Positions 1 to 11,846 of a DNA stretch of 64,000 nt are shown one piece after another. The first letter of the stretch is position 1, and each line of letters begins with the position of its first letter. Made by a program: the position numbers and the translations under genes. The DNA lies in contig NIVC01000830.1 of the NCBI GenBank assembly GCA_002269645.1, positions 11,572 through 75,571 of the forward strand, written 5' to 3'. Below the pieces are notes generated by a model. The model was not told where the DNA came from. It ran no database searches and saw nothing but the letters and a program-made list of their open reading frames with translations. This stretch comes from Macrostomum lignano. Lineage: Eukaryota.

Positions 1-261
1 AGGAGAGAGACGAGAGGAGAGCAGGTTACAGATGCAGCTGTGCGTACACCGGTGTGGAGTGGGACGATAGTGCGCAGCAATTTGAGCTGGTCGCAGGGAA
101 CGCTGGCCCGGGACAACAAAGCGACAGATAAGCAACAATAGCAAAAAACTCTGCCAGTACAGTGCAACAGACAAAGCCCACTTGAATAAGCAGCAGACCC
201 GAGAGCCTTCTCACAAGCTGCAGCAGTCTGTAACCGAAGAAGAAGATTAACTCGGCAAATC

Positions 262-1645
262 ATGGCTGACTTCGATATTGGCAGCATTCCACAGGAGCAG
301 GTGGCCCAGCTGAAGAGCGTCTTCACTTTGTTTGACAGGTCCGGCTGCGGCAGCATCACCGTTGAGGACTTGGGCCACGCGATGCGGTCGCTGGGGCACA
401 ACCCCACCGACTCGGAGCTCAAGGCAAGGCTTATTCTCACTTACTGACTTATGTGATTCGGTTCTGTCACTCTGGCTCTGTCACTCGGTTTTGTCACTCT
501 GGCTCTGTCACTCAGTTCTGTCACTCTGGCTCTATCACTCGGTTCTGTCACTCTGGCTCTGTCACTCGGTTTTGTCACTCTGGCTCTGTCACTCGGTTTT
601 GTCACCCTGGCTCTGTCACTCGGTTTTGTCACTCTGGCTCTGTCAATCGGTTTTGTCACTCTTGCTCTGTCTTTCGGTTTTGTCACTCTGGCTCTGTCAC
701 TCGGTTTTGTCACTCTGGCTCTGTCACTCAGTTCTGTCACTCTGATTCTGTTGCTCGGTTCTGTCACTCTGGCTCTGTCACTCTGACTCTGTCACTCGGT
801 TCTGTCACTCTGGCTCTGTCATTCGGGCTCCGTCACTCTGGCTCTGTCACTCGGTTCAGCTTATGGTAAAAAAATATACCTGCGATTTCTGAGTCGAGAA
901 GACAACAGAGAATTAAAATGTTGTTTACAGTTAGTTTTCTTGCTACCAACAGGACATCGTTAACGAAGTTGATCAGGATGGCAACGGGTCAATCGAGTTC
1001 GAAGAGTTCGTGCAAATGATTATGATTAAACTGCAGCGCCGTACGCCTACCGAGGAGACCAGAGGCGCTTTCAAGGTCAGGCACTGTTTACTGTGGTCAC
1101 AGCTCACTCTGATCACAGCTCACTCTGATCACAGCATCACTCTGATCACAGCATCACTCTGATCACAGCATCACTCTGATCACAGCATCACAGCATCTGA
1201 TCACAGCATCACTCTGATCACAGCATCACTCTGATCACAGCATCACTCTGATCACAGCATCACTCTGATCACAGCATCACTCTGATCACAGCATCACTCT
1301 GATCACAGCATCACTCTGATCACAGCATCACTCTGATCACAGCATCACTCTGATCACAGCATCACAGCATCTGATCACAGCATCACTCTGATCACAGCAT
1401 CACTCTGATCACAGCATCACAGCATCTGATCCCACATACCCGCGCAGGTGTTCGACAAAGACGGCGATGGCTACATCACCCGCGATGAGCTGGCCACCAG
1501 CCTAGCCAGCATGCGCATCGAGGCCACCCCGGAGGAGCTGGACGACATGTTCAAAGAGGCGGACCTCGATTGCGACGGTCGCATCAGCTACGACGATTTC
1601 GTGTTTATGATGGCCAGCGGCAAAAGATACGAGGCCAGAAATTGA
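262..1645 (+). CDS. Calmodulin-like 4-EF-hand protein, 160 aa, 3 exons (262-423, 953-1075, 1448-1645)
   Basis: The spliced product MADFDIG...ELK|DIVNEVDQDGNGSIEFEEFVQMIM...RGAFK|VFDKDGDGYITRDE...EADLDCDGRISYDDFVFMM is colinear with calmodulin. All junctions are phase 0. Intron 1 has a GC donor (AAG|gcaagg) and intron 2 is GT-AG. Too divergent to be canonical calmodulin. Confidence 0.92.
457..858. repeat. 27-bp minisatellite (gtcactctggctct+gtcactcggtttt) filling intron 1 of the calmodulin-like gene
   Basis: About 15 tandem copies of a dimeric 14+13 bp unit, visible directly. Confidence 0.95.
1097..1430. repeat. 17-bp minisatellite (cagcatcactctgatca) filling intron 2 of the calmodulin-like gene
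   Basis: About 19 near-identical tandem copies. Confidence 0.95.
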
Positions 1646-2138
1646 TGCAGCGTGCTGTATAAAGCCTTTAACTGGATTCTGAAAAACTTTAGATAGCATT
1701 TTCTATCATTTCTACTTACAGTAAGCGAATCGTACGCGTCAAATATCGGATATTTAAACAAAAATTTCAGCCAAAGTACAATCATTCCCACTTTGCTAAG
1801 ACTAAACCTTACTGCAACGAAGTTCAATGTACACGCCAATCTAATCTTGACTCGCTAAATTTTTATTCGAATGTCTTCTGTGTCACCCAGTCAGTAGTAA
1901 AACTACTAAGTCACTTGTGGTCAAGCCGTGTCTGAGTTTACTTAAGCGCTATCGGTGACCAAAAGACATTCTAGTGGGTGTTCCAGCACTGGCTGCAGAA
2001 TTAAATGAAAATATTTATTGAAAACTCAATCTATATAACTAGATGAAAACTTTGCATTTTAAAATGACATGCAGAATTCGGCAAATATAAAAATATTAGA
2101 AATTTTAATATTAGTTCTAAAATGACATCTAGAAAGCA

Positions 2139-2638
<500 letters not shown>

Positions 2639-5635
2639 TCATTCGGGCGACAGAAACTCGGGCCGGATCTCCGCCTGCTTGAGCACAACAACATCAAAGT
2701 GAAAGGCTGCCGGGGCCGCCGGGCCGCTGTCCGAGTCGTCCGCGTCCTGAGCCGCCGCCGACACCGAGGCCAGCCGGCGGGCCGACAGCTGCTCCAGTTC
2801 GTCGCGCAGGGTCTCCGGCAGCGCCTCCCAGCAGCCCGGCACCGCCTTGGCCGGCCCGATGTTGCCCGCCAGAACTCGAGAGAGGCAGCTGAGCAGGAAC
2901 GGCGACATCGCATCGGCGTCCTTGACAACGTTTCGTTGCCAGGCGGCTTCGAAGTCGCAGACGGCGGACGCGTAGGCAGCAAAGCTGGCCAGCAAGTCGC
3001 CGAGGTCGGCGGGCTCGTTGACGCCGGCGGCGGCGGCAGAGGCTTCGACTTCGGTCCGCAGCGACCGCAGCCAGCCAGCGGCATCGTCAGCTGCAGACGT
3101 CGGCAGGCAGCGCAGCGTCTTCCGGAGCCCCTGCAGCCGCGGCAAATTGTCGGTGAACGTGTCGGTCTGGTGGAGGCGCAACGCCGAGCCGGCCTGCTCA
3201 ATTGTGACGCCCTCCAGCGCGGCTTTTGCAGCCTCCAACGACGGTGGCGGCTGCGGCTGGACGCCCGCGGCTTCCAGGAAGCAGACATAGGCGGCTGCCA
3301 GCAGAGATGACTGCTGCTGCTGCTTCTGAGTCGGCGTCTGAGTCTGTCTCTGCTGTTTCCGCGTCGTGTTTGCAGTTGAAGATCTGCAAGAAATAGTGCT
3401 CACATTTTTGAAGCTTATAGGAAAACGCTTGAAAACAAAGAGTGAAGATAGGGAAGACAAAGAGTGCAGAGATTAAGAGGACAAAGAGTGCAGATCGATA
3501 AAGAGGACAAAGAGTGCAGATCGATGAGGAGGGCAAAGAGTGCAGAGATGAGGAGGGCAAATAGTGCAGAGATGAAGAGGACAAAGAGTGCAGAGATGAG
3601 GAGGACAAAGAGTGCAGAGATGAAGAGGACAAAGAGTGCAGAGATGAAGAGGACAAATAGTGCAGAGATGAGGAGGACAAATAGTGCAGAGATGAGGAGG
3701 ACAAATAGTGCAGAGATGAGGAGGACAAAGAGTGCAGAGATGAGGCGGACAAAGAGTGCAGAGATGAGGCGGACAAAGAGTGCAGAGATGAAGAGGACAA
3801 AGAGTGCAGAGATGAGGAGGACAAAAAGTGCAGAGATGAAGAGGACAAAGAGTGCAGAAATAAGAAAGACAAAGACTGCAGATGGGGAGGACAAAAGCAC
3901 GAAATCAAGGTTACAAAGGCCGCCACTGGAACTGGCTTTTAACGCCGCACCTTGCAGCTCTTGTCGGCCCCGATCTGGACGAAGAACCCAGAGGCGCGCG
4001 TCTTCGGCTTTGGGTGCCGCCAGTCCCGCCAGCTCCAAGCGACAGCGCCAGCAGGTGCTGGGGTCGCAGTCTGCGGCTCAGCTCAGCTGCCAGACGCTCC
4101 GCCCTGGATCGAGATTTGTCAATCGAGGCGGCCGCGGCGATGCCGTCACCGGAGTCCTGGGCGGTTGGCGACGCGTAGGCGGCACGCAGTTCCGCGAGGC
4201 GATCAAGGAGGCCCAAAGCGAACGACTCAACAAAAGCTGCGCCGCCACCTCCGCTGCCGCCGCCTCCGTCGGCCCAGAAGAAGAGCAGCGTCTCCACCAG
4301 GTCGACCCACAGGCGGCACTCGTGCTGGCTGAACGTGGCGCTCCAGAAGGCGGGCATCGCGACGGCGACCGGCTGGTCTCCGCGGCTGCCAACAGACGCG
4401 GACATCGTCTGGACGATGAGGTTCAACGCGTTGGCACAGAACAGCGGCTTTGCCCTGGCTAGCAGGGCCACCACTGACTGGCGGAGGTCCGCCGGCATCG
4501 CCGGCTGTCGCAGAAGGCGGCCGCAGTTGACGATGACTCTCAGATACTCCAGATAGGCCGAGGGCGCCGTGTCCATGGCAGTCATGGTCATCAGCGGGCG
4601 CTGGCCCTCCAGCATGCTGGCGATCATCGCGCGAGTGTCGCGGGCGTCCTGCTCAGCTGCGGAGCCTGTGTAGAGAGCCGTTAGTCAGATAGTAATGCAC
4701 TACTTAAAGTAACATCTAAGAAAACCAACTTAAACTCGCAATCTATTTTTAGAATATCGATTTTTAGAATGAGTCATGTGCAAATAAAAGTGACTCAGAA
4801 CCCTACGTAGAACCAACGTTTATTTGATCAAGGAACCGGTTCTCGGGAGTTGTATTTGCTTAATTCCATATATGATAATTATCAAACATTCATGGCCTCT
4901 TAATCAAACATGTGTGACCGAAGTAAATAACCGATTTTAAACCAGTTTTCACCAAAATTTTACTTTAAATATAAGCGAAAATCCAAGTCAAAAATTCAGA
5001 CTTGGAGCGGTCTCAAAGATGACTCTGAAGAAGAAGAGAAGGAGACCAATCTCGGAGAGACTACACTTGTCCAATTGGTAAGCGTTTACCAGATTTAGTT
5101 CTTTACTATAGCACTAATAAGCTGATTAATTGAGTTTAGGAAAGCCACTTATTGTCGACACATTTGAAAAAGGCCTCCTTATTTCCTAGGATATATTACT
5201 AGAGGATTTATTGATTTGATTTGAGTTATCCATTTCGTTTCGGACGTAACGAAGAAGACGCCCTTCAGGAGGAATAATTACAGAATTTGAAGAATTTAAT
5301 TGTTCATTAGGGCGCACGTTCTATTCCTAATTCCGAGCTCGAGGACCGTCAAGAATTCTGATTCGCTCTGGTTTTGTTCGACCCACAGATAAAGCTAAGG
5401 ACACCGAGTATATACCAAGGCGCTTGTTCCCCAGTGTCTAGAAGTGGGAGTTTTCGAGTGACTCATCACCACTCATAAACTCTTCACCTGGCGGCGGCGG
5501 CGGAGGCGGAGGCGGCTGCTCCGGCGGCTGCTCATCCGGCTGCAGCTGAACCGCGGCGGCCAGGTCGTCAAAGTCGAACACCTCGTCCTCAAGCAGCACC
5601 AGCTGCTGCTCCTGAAGCAGATCTGGGTCTGGCAT
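2639..5635 (-). CDS. Uncharacterised Ala-rich, predicted mostly helical protein, about 535 aa, 3 exons (5635-5488, 4665-3951, 3383-2639)
   Basis: ATG in a gccATG context at 5635 (MPDPDLLQ...). GT-AG junctions are phase-compatible: phase 1 at 5487/4666 and phase 2 at 3950/3384. They join the ORFs 3911-4627 and 2639-3460 into one open frame. No family recognised. Confidence 0.75.
3456..3895. repeat. 24-bp minisatellite (acaaagagtgcagagatgaggagg) in intron 2 of the orphan gene
   Basis: About 17 tandem copies lying between the acceptor at 3384 and the donor at 3950. Confidence 0.95.
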
Positions 5636-6284
5636 GGCCTGACCTGTCTGAGCTGCGAGCGCCACCCCCGCCACAATCAGATGCCAGAGATGCGAAGCTT
5701 TCAAATCGTTCGAGCCTCGGGGGGCACGCCGAGGAGGGCTGGCTGTTTATCAAATTTTGCTTTGCTCGTTGGTTTATAAATTCATTTTTCGCTCTCCGAG
5801 ACTGCTGGTTGTTTCGCCATTCTTTTAACTCTGACCCAAGCCAGATAGGCAGGTAGAGAGGACAGAAGAGAGAGATAGGCAGAGATACAGCTAAAAGCAA
5901 GACATGAAAGACCGACCCCAGAGCAAAGAAAGGCAGTTAGTTGTCAAGCTCAGCAGAATGTTCGGACAATCCAGCTGAGTGTGCGGCTGTCTGTCTGTCT
6001 GAAATCTCCGTCTGCTCTGCGCCATTGCTTGATGTGTGTCTAATTAGCTAGATTTTGAGTATTGAGTTTAGAGACTCTTAAAGTTCCCAGTTCCATACCC
6101 CGAGAGACGATTGCAAGAGTTGTTTGCTAAGCCGACAATAGCAGACAAATGATGCATGTATTAGCAGAGCTATTTGTGTTGCTCTGCACTGCCAAGTTGA
6201 GCACATACTACTGAAGTGCGTGTATGTAACGATTTTTTTTATTTTTGTTTTTTCAAGAAACATGCGCAACACTTGTTTACTATA

Positions 6285-6486
6285 ACAATAATAATTTATT
6301 ACACCTTCCCTAATAGCCAGATTACCCCAGCTCATGCTGGCACCCATTTTTACAGCTGGGCGAACTGAAGCAATGCAGAGTTAAGTTTCTTGCTCAAGGA
6401 CACAAATTGTTCCAGTGGGATCGGGAATCGAACCCCCGACCTTCAAGTCGTGAGTCCGACGCTCTAACCACTAGGCTACAACTCCC
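6285..6486 (-). mobile_element. tRNA-derived SINE with a CORE/Meta-like central domain
   Basis: On the minus strand: A box TAGCCTAGTGG (6478-6468), B box GGTTCGATTCC (6434-6424), then tgtgtccttgagcaagaaacttaac (6403-6380), which resembles the conserved SINE CORE-type domain, then a short (tta)n-like tail. Confidence 0.8.
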
Positions 6487-6825
6487 TCTTATTACTATGC
6501 AATACGGGACACATTCAGACATTGGAATGACATATGAAGGGTGTCCTGAAAGTTCTGACGCTTTTAAACACAGAGAAAAAGTACCAGGTAGATACAGACA
6601 TGTGGCATGACATCGGAATTGAAATACAGGCCGCACTGCGACAAAGGAGTACAGATACAGAAATTCGATGGAGTATTGAAATTGCAACACACCAACAAAG
6701 TGAGACATTGAAGCTGCAAACACAATGTGCAAATGTTAAAATGTTTTTTTACTTCTGGATAGCAACACACTCAAAAAAGGCTTCCGTATTCATAAAATTG
6801 CGGTACGTCTCTCTAGTGATTGAGT

Positions 6826-7158
6826 GATCAAGTGATCGATTGATCAAATGATTGAGTGATCGAGTGATTGAGTGATATTGTGATCGAGTGATTGAGTGAT
6901 TGAGTGATTGAGTGATTGAGTGATAGTGCGATCGAGTGATCGATTGATTGAGTGATCGAGTGATTGAGTGATTGAGTGATCGAGTGATCGAGTGATCGAG
7001 TGATCGAGTGATTGAGTGATCGAGTGATTGAGTGATTGAGTGATCGAGTGATCGATTGATTGAGTGATCGAGTGATTGAGTGATTGAGTGATCGAGTGAT
7101 CGAGTGATCGAGTGATCGAGTGATTGAGTGATCGAGTGATTGAGTGATTAAGTGATCG
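6826..7158. repeat. 8-bp tandem repeat (gagtgatc/gagtgatt)
   Basis: About 40 copies in two variants. Confidence 0.95.
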
Positions 7159-7445
7159 CTTGATCACATGCTCAAGGGTCAGCGGAATGGGCCTGACTGC
7201 TTGCCTCCTGGCTGGTCGCGGATCCACACTTGCCTTATACGAGCGTACGAGCAATATTATTATATCTAATATATGTAATGTGTTTTACTTTTACACACTG
7301 TTACAGTGTCACAGTCTATTAATCACAGAGACAGTCGCCGTGCAAAAGGCTATTGATAGTGCATAAAAAGTACACAAAGCACTAACTAGTTTTAGTACCA
7401 GCTGCAATATAGTCAGTTGCAAGCGGGCGAACCGAACTGCACCGG

Positions 7446-9467
7446 TCAGCCGCACACGCCGAGACGCAGCCGAAACCTCAGTGTAGACCGGACCTCTGGG
7501 ACCATGTACACCGGGCGCCTGTAAGGATCGAGTCCTCCAACGGCGCCGCCACTGACCTGATCCACCGGCGCGGCGCAGATCCGTCGCCTAGCCTCCATCA
7601 GAGCGTCCTCGACGTCGACCTCAGCCGTCGGATCGTCGCTACCGAGCCAATTGTCGATGACGTCGCACAGAGTCTGCACGAAGATGCTCCCGGAGACGCT
7701 GCACCTGTAGGCAGGTCGGCTCTCGCAGCAGGCGAACCCGAATAGGTAGTCAGCGCCCTCCGGCGACACTGCCAGCGGAGTTGCCCGCGGCTGCTCAGCC
7801 GCTGCTGGACCGTCGAGCTCCGGCGGCAGAGCGTAAGAGCAGGTGGCCGCCGCGACCACCTTGGAGCCGCGGCAAGCCTGAACGAAGAAGGCCTTCGGTT
7901 TGCCCGCCAACTCCGGGCAGCGGACGACGTCGAATGCGGCGGCGATGTCGTTAAGAGACACGCTGACGCCATCCACTCCGTAGACATTTCCGCCGGAGTC
8001 GCCGTGAGCCAGCAAGAAGCAGACGAAAGCGTCGGCGTTGCGGTGCCGGTGAGCCTTCTTTGCGGCCTTCGCGGCGGCTTCCAGCAATTGCCGGCCGGTG
8101 AGGTCGGTTCTCACCTCCACTATGAAGCCGAGACGCTGTTCGAAGAGCTGCTCGATTCTCTCCGCGTCCTGTTGGGTGCCGTGCCGCGGCTGAAGCTTGA
8201 CGTAGTTCTCGTTGCTCAGGACCAAGCAGAGACCGCGCGGCTTCTCCGATATCGAATAGGCGGCCAGCTTCGGCAGCTGCGGTTCTGACGGCGGCAGCAG
8301 CGAAGGGTCGGTGAATCGGCGGGACGAGCTGACACCGGGCGGCTGCTGGAGGACTGCTGCTGGCTGGGATTGAGTCAGATCGATGGCCGGAGCATTCCAG
8401 CCAGATGAAGCGCTGGGAATGCTTGACTGTTGATGCAGATGCCTGGGCAGCTGGCTGGCTGCTGTCTGTTGCTGATGCAGATGCCTGGGCAGCTGGCTCT
8501 GGTTGGCAGCAACCAGCAGTTGCTGCGGAGGAGACTCGGACTCTGAGCGAAATCGGGTCAGCTGCTGCGACTCCTTCGGCTGGTGCGGCAGTTGATCGGG
8601 CGCGGTGGAGCACACAACGTCAGGCCTGACAGAAGGAAAATCGTTGGGGGGTATTTAAGCATAGTTATCCTTGACTTATGTTAGTATGCATTTCCTAGCA
8701 AGCATGTCACGGTGGTCATGGTGAGAATGTGCTTACACCCTGCAAGCAATTAAATTCCCAACAACATACAGCAACGTTTTTACTCCGCTCGGCAGCCACC
8801 GCTCAGTCTCGTCCATGCGGAGCTGCTCCGCCAATCGTCCATGCCCAACGGCCTCAGCAACGTCGGCTGCGGTCCGCTGGCGCCAGTCCACGGCACCAGG
8901 CTCGGCGCCAGCGTCAATGAGGCACCGGGCTAGAGCTTCATCGCCTGAGCAGGCGGCCCAGTGCAGTGGCCGGCGCTGGTAGCGGCTACAGGCGGCGTTC
9001 GGGTCGGCGCCAGCCTCCAGCAGCAGGCGGGCCAGCTCTGGCCGCTGGTGCTGGCAGCAGTCGGCCAGCGGAGTGGCGCCGTCTTCGTCACGACAGTTGA
9101 TCAGCCTGGCGCCGACGGTGCTCCGCGACAGCAGCTCCCTCACCACGTCGGCGTGTCCCCGCCTGACGGCCCAGTGCAGAGCGGAGGCGCCGGTCCAGCA
9201 CTGGCAGTCCGAGCTCGCATTGACTCTGCTCGAGTCACTGACCACAACGCTGCCAGCCTCGCAGACGGTGGCGCCGGCGCTCAGCAGAAGTCGAACGGCC
9301 GGCAGGTGACCCCAGGCGGCCGCCGCGGCAAGCAGCGACGCCAGAAGCTGCTGCCTGCTTGGGTCATTGGCTCCTAGCGGATGCGGCTGCTGCTGCTGTT
9401 GAAGTCCAGCCTGCAGCTGCTGGCAGTCGCCGCACCGAGCTGCCAAACGCAGTGCTGGCAAATTCAT
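7446..9467 (-). CDS. Ankyrin-repeat-containing caspase, about 625 aa, 2 coding exons (9467-8770 and 8625-7446)
   Basis: Exon 1 has about 5 ankyrin repeats (GASALHWAV, GATPLADCC, RRPLHWAA). Exon 2 is a caspase domain with RHGT..D, LAHG (8009-8001), QACRG (7880-7866) and ADYL...AYR...GSIFVQTLC. Phase-2 donors (gtatgt at 8769 or gtaagc at 8736) match the phase-2 acceptor ttccttctgtcag at 8626. Confidence 0.8.
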
Positions 9468-10001
9468 AGCAGACTCGTCTGTGTAAGAGTAGCTCAGTTT
9501 TAATTTGTGGTAGAATCAGTCCCTTCGTGCTCTTGTCTAGATGCTTAAGAAAAGCCTTTGGTATGTGCCTGATATCGTCTATTATTGCAATAAAGCTGAA
9601 CTACTTGCTTGCTTAATCCGCAGTTAGCGAGTGTAAATAGGGGGAAGGCTTGTCCATGTGTGCGCTGAGTGTCGTAAACAGCAGGCTATATATGGCCAAG
9701 TCTTCTGAGTGCTGCAAACCTGTGTGCACATGTAGGCATGTACGCTGCAGTGTACGCCAGTGCGGTTCAGACTGCACTAGCTATGTCAACCCCCTCCATA
9801 ATAACTACCTTGTATCTTCTGTTCTACCCTGCAAAACTGAATATACTGGGCAACTCCAGAATTGTTTTTTTACAACATCCGGGTATTAATATCTTAGAAT
9901 TTCTATACAGCAAGCAGCTGAGTCATTCTTGTACTATATTTGGTCACGTGACTTCAGTTTAGCTGAAAATTTTTTGCCGCAACGTGCAGAAAAAACAGCT
10001 G

Positions 10002-10829
10002 GAGTGACTCACAGATACTAGAATAACTAGGATGTGTCACTCACAAAAAACGCGTTTCTCTACTCTTTTTTCAGTAGCAAAATTAGCGTTTTTGCCTTTA
10101 TAAAAGTAAAATTACAATTTATCTACTTTTAAGCGAAATTTTAAGCTTTTAAAGCTGCAAAATTTGTCTGTGCCTAATTCTACAAGCAGGCTAATTAAAT
10201 AAGGCATGTCTGCTGAGTTTTGATCCAAGGGGGGGGAGTTTTACCGGTTCAAAAATAAACGAATTTAAGACTTAAGACTGACAGTAGCGGATCCAGAAAA
10301 TTTTGAACGGGGGAGGGGCGCAGACTACTAAGGTACATATATATTCATATCATGTACAAGTATATGTATATGATAATGTGTATTTTCCATATAAAAATCA
10401 AAAAAATTAAGCTTAACGGAGGGGCGCGCGCCCTGTGCGCCCCACCTCTAAATCCGCTACTGAGACTGTAGAAAACTATAAAAATGTAAAATTCCCAAAT
10501 TCAGTGCTTGGCATAGAGAGCAAGTGAGAATTAGTGCTGTCGCCCAGGCATCTCTCTACTGCTCTCTCATTGGCTGAGCTAGATTGGGCCTGCCCCCCCC
10601 CCCCCCCCCTAGGCTGAGTTTCGTCCGTCTTGCGTTCATTTGTGTACATTGAGTTAACAAATGCTTGTTCATTCTTAACCCCATATGCTCTTGAGGCTGC
10701 AAGCCCTGAGGAAGGAAAGGAATTTTAACTTCTACATCAAATTTAAATTACATTAGCGCAGACAACTACTTTTTCACAATTTTAATTCCGAGTGACATAT
10801 CTGTTATTCTAGTATCTGTGGAGTGACTC
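10002..10829. mobile_element. Possible degenerate non-autonomous TIR element (inverted pair 10002-10042 and 10790-10829)
   Basis: gagtgactcacagatactagaataac...gtgtcactc is the approximate reverse complement of gagtgacatatctgttattctagtatctgtggagtgactc. No TSD identified. Confidence 0.35.
10282..10462. mobile_element. hAT-like MITE
   Basis: Terminal inverted repeats cagtagcgga...tccgctactg. The flanks share agactg, an imperfect target-site duplication. Confidence 0.6.
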
Positions 10830-11846
10830 ATTTCCAGCGAGCACTCATTCTCTCCTATTCTCAATGACAAACGCAAACGGCCCTGTGTCTCGACTTCTCG
10901 ACTTCCCAAGAGCAAATTGAAACGTTCGAGGTTGCTGCATGGTCTGTGATAACAAGTTTTCAATTTTACTCCGACTAAAGTTTAGTAATTAAATATTTTT
11001 TCGAATGATTAATTAAGAGGCTCTTTCATTAAAACTGCTCTAAAATGTAACGGTTTCTACCAAAATATCTCGTTATAGTACCACGGATGCATGCATCAAT
11101 TTTTGGAAATAACGAAAGTCGTTGATTTTGATGTTTAAAAAGTCATCTGGAGTTATTTTAACACGTGGTTTGAACTGCCTGCTTCAATCATAATAAAATA
11201 TGTATGTAATTTATAAAACTATTTATTTCTCCCCAGGTTTCATGGGTCAGTTAGGCCGGAAACTAGCTGTATGATGTGTATGAGTGTATCATATTGAGTG
11301 GGACAGCTGTGTGTACTCGTAGGGGCGAAGCAAAATAAAGTTTGAGATGTTTTTCGTTGGATGGCCGCGCATATTTTTGTCAAGGACTTCTAGTCTAGAA
11401 GTCCTTGATTTTTGTCTGCCTGCCGAGGTATGACGTGAATGAACTAAAACTTTTTTCTTGTCAAATGCGTTTTATGATTTATGATTTACTTCTTATTCAA
11501 TCTGAGACAAGGAAAGGAATTACCTGAGGCCAACATATTTTTTCCAGGAATCGGTGGCGTCAGCGCTTTTTCCCTCAGGAGTCAAACAATCGCATTGAAT
11601 TAAATTTCCTGAAGGGTTGGAATTGTGTCATTATTTGCACTTATAAAGAGCAATAAAGCTGCGTATTTATTATTTATTTTTCAGCTTACGTCGGCGCCCA
11701 AAATGTTTCAAATTAGAGTAAAATAAAAAAGCGCTCTATTTTAACCAAATAGCGTATTTATTGATTAAAATGATTGATTGAAAATTCGGGGTTAGGTTCG
11801 AGGTAGAAGTACCCGGTTCGGGGTTAATCCCCGAACCCCGAACCAA

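Noticed and set aside
5636-5704. Signal-peptide-like N-terminus MKASHLWHLIVAGVALAA in the ORF track
   Set aside because: The track start is a TTG, not an ATG, and there is an in-frame stop upstream at about 5749. The first real ATG is at 5635, so secretion cannot be claimed unless an unseen upstream exon supplies a start.
6410-6486. Functional tRNA gene
   Set aside because: The anticodon stem pairs poorly, the acceptor stem is not recoverable, and the sequence continues into a SINE body and tail.
6533-6565. Mariner-like terminal repeat (tatgaagggtgtcctgaaagt)
   Set aside because: I found no matching inverted end or transposase sequence nearby.
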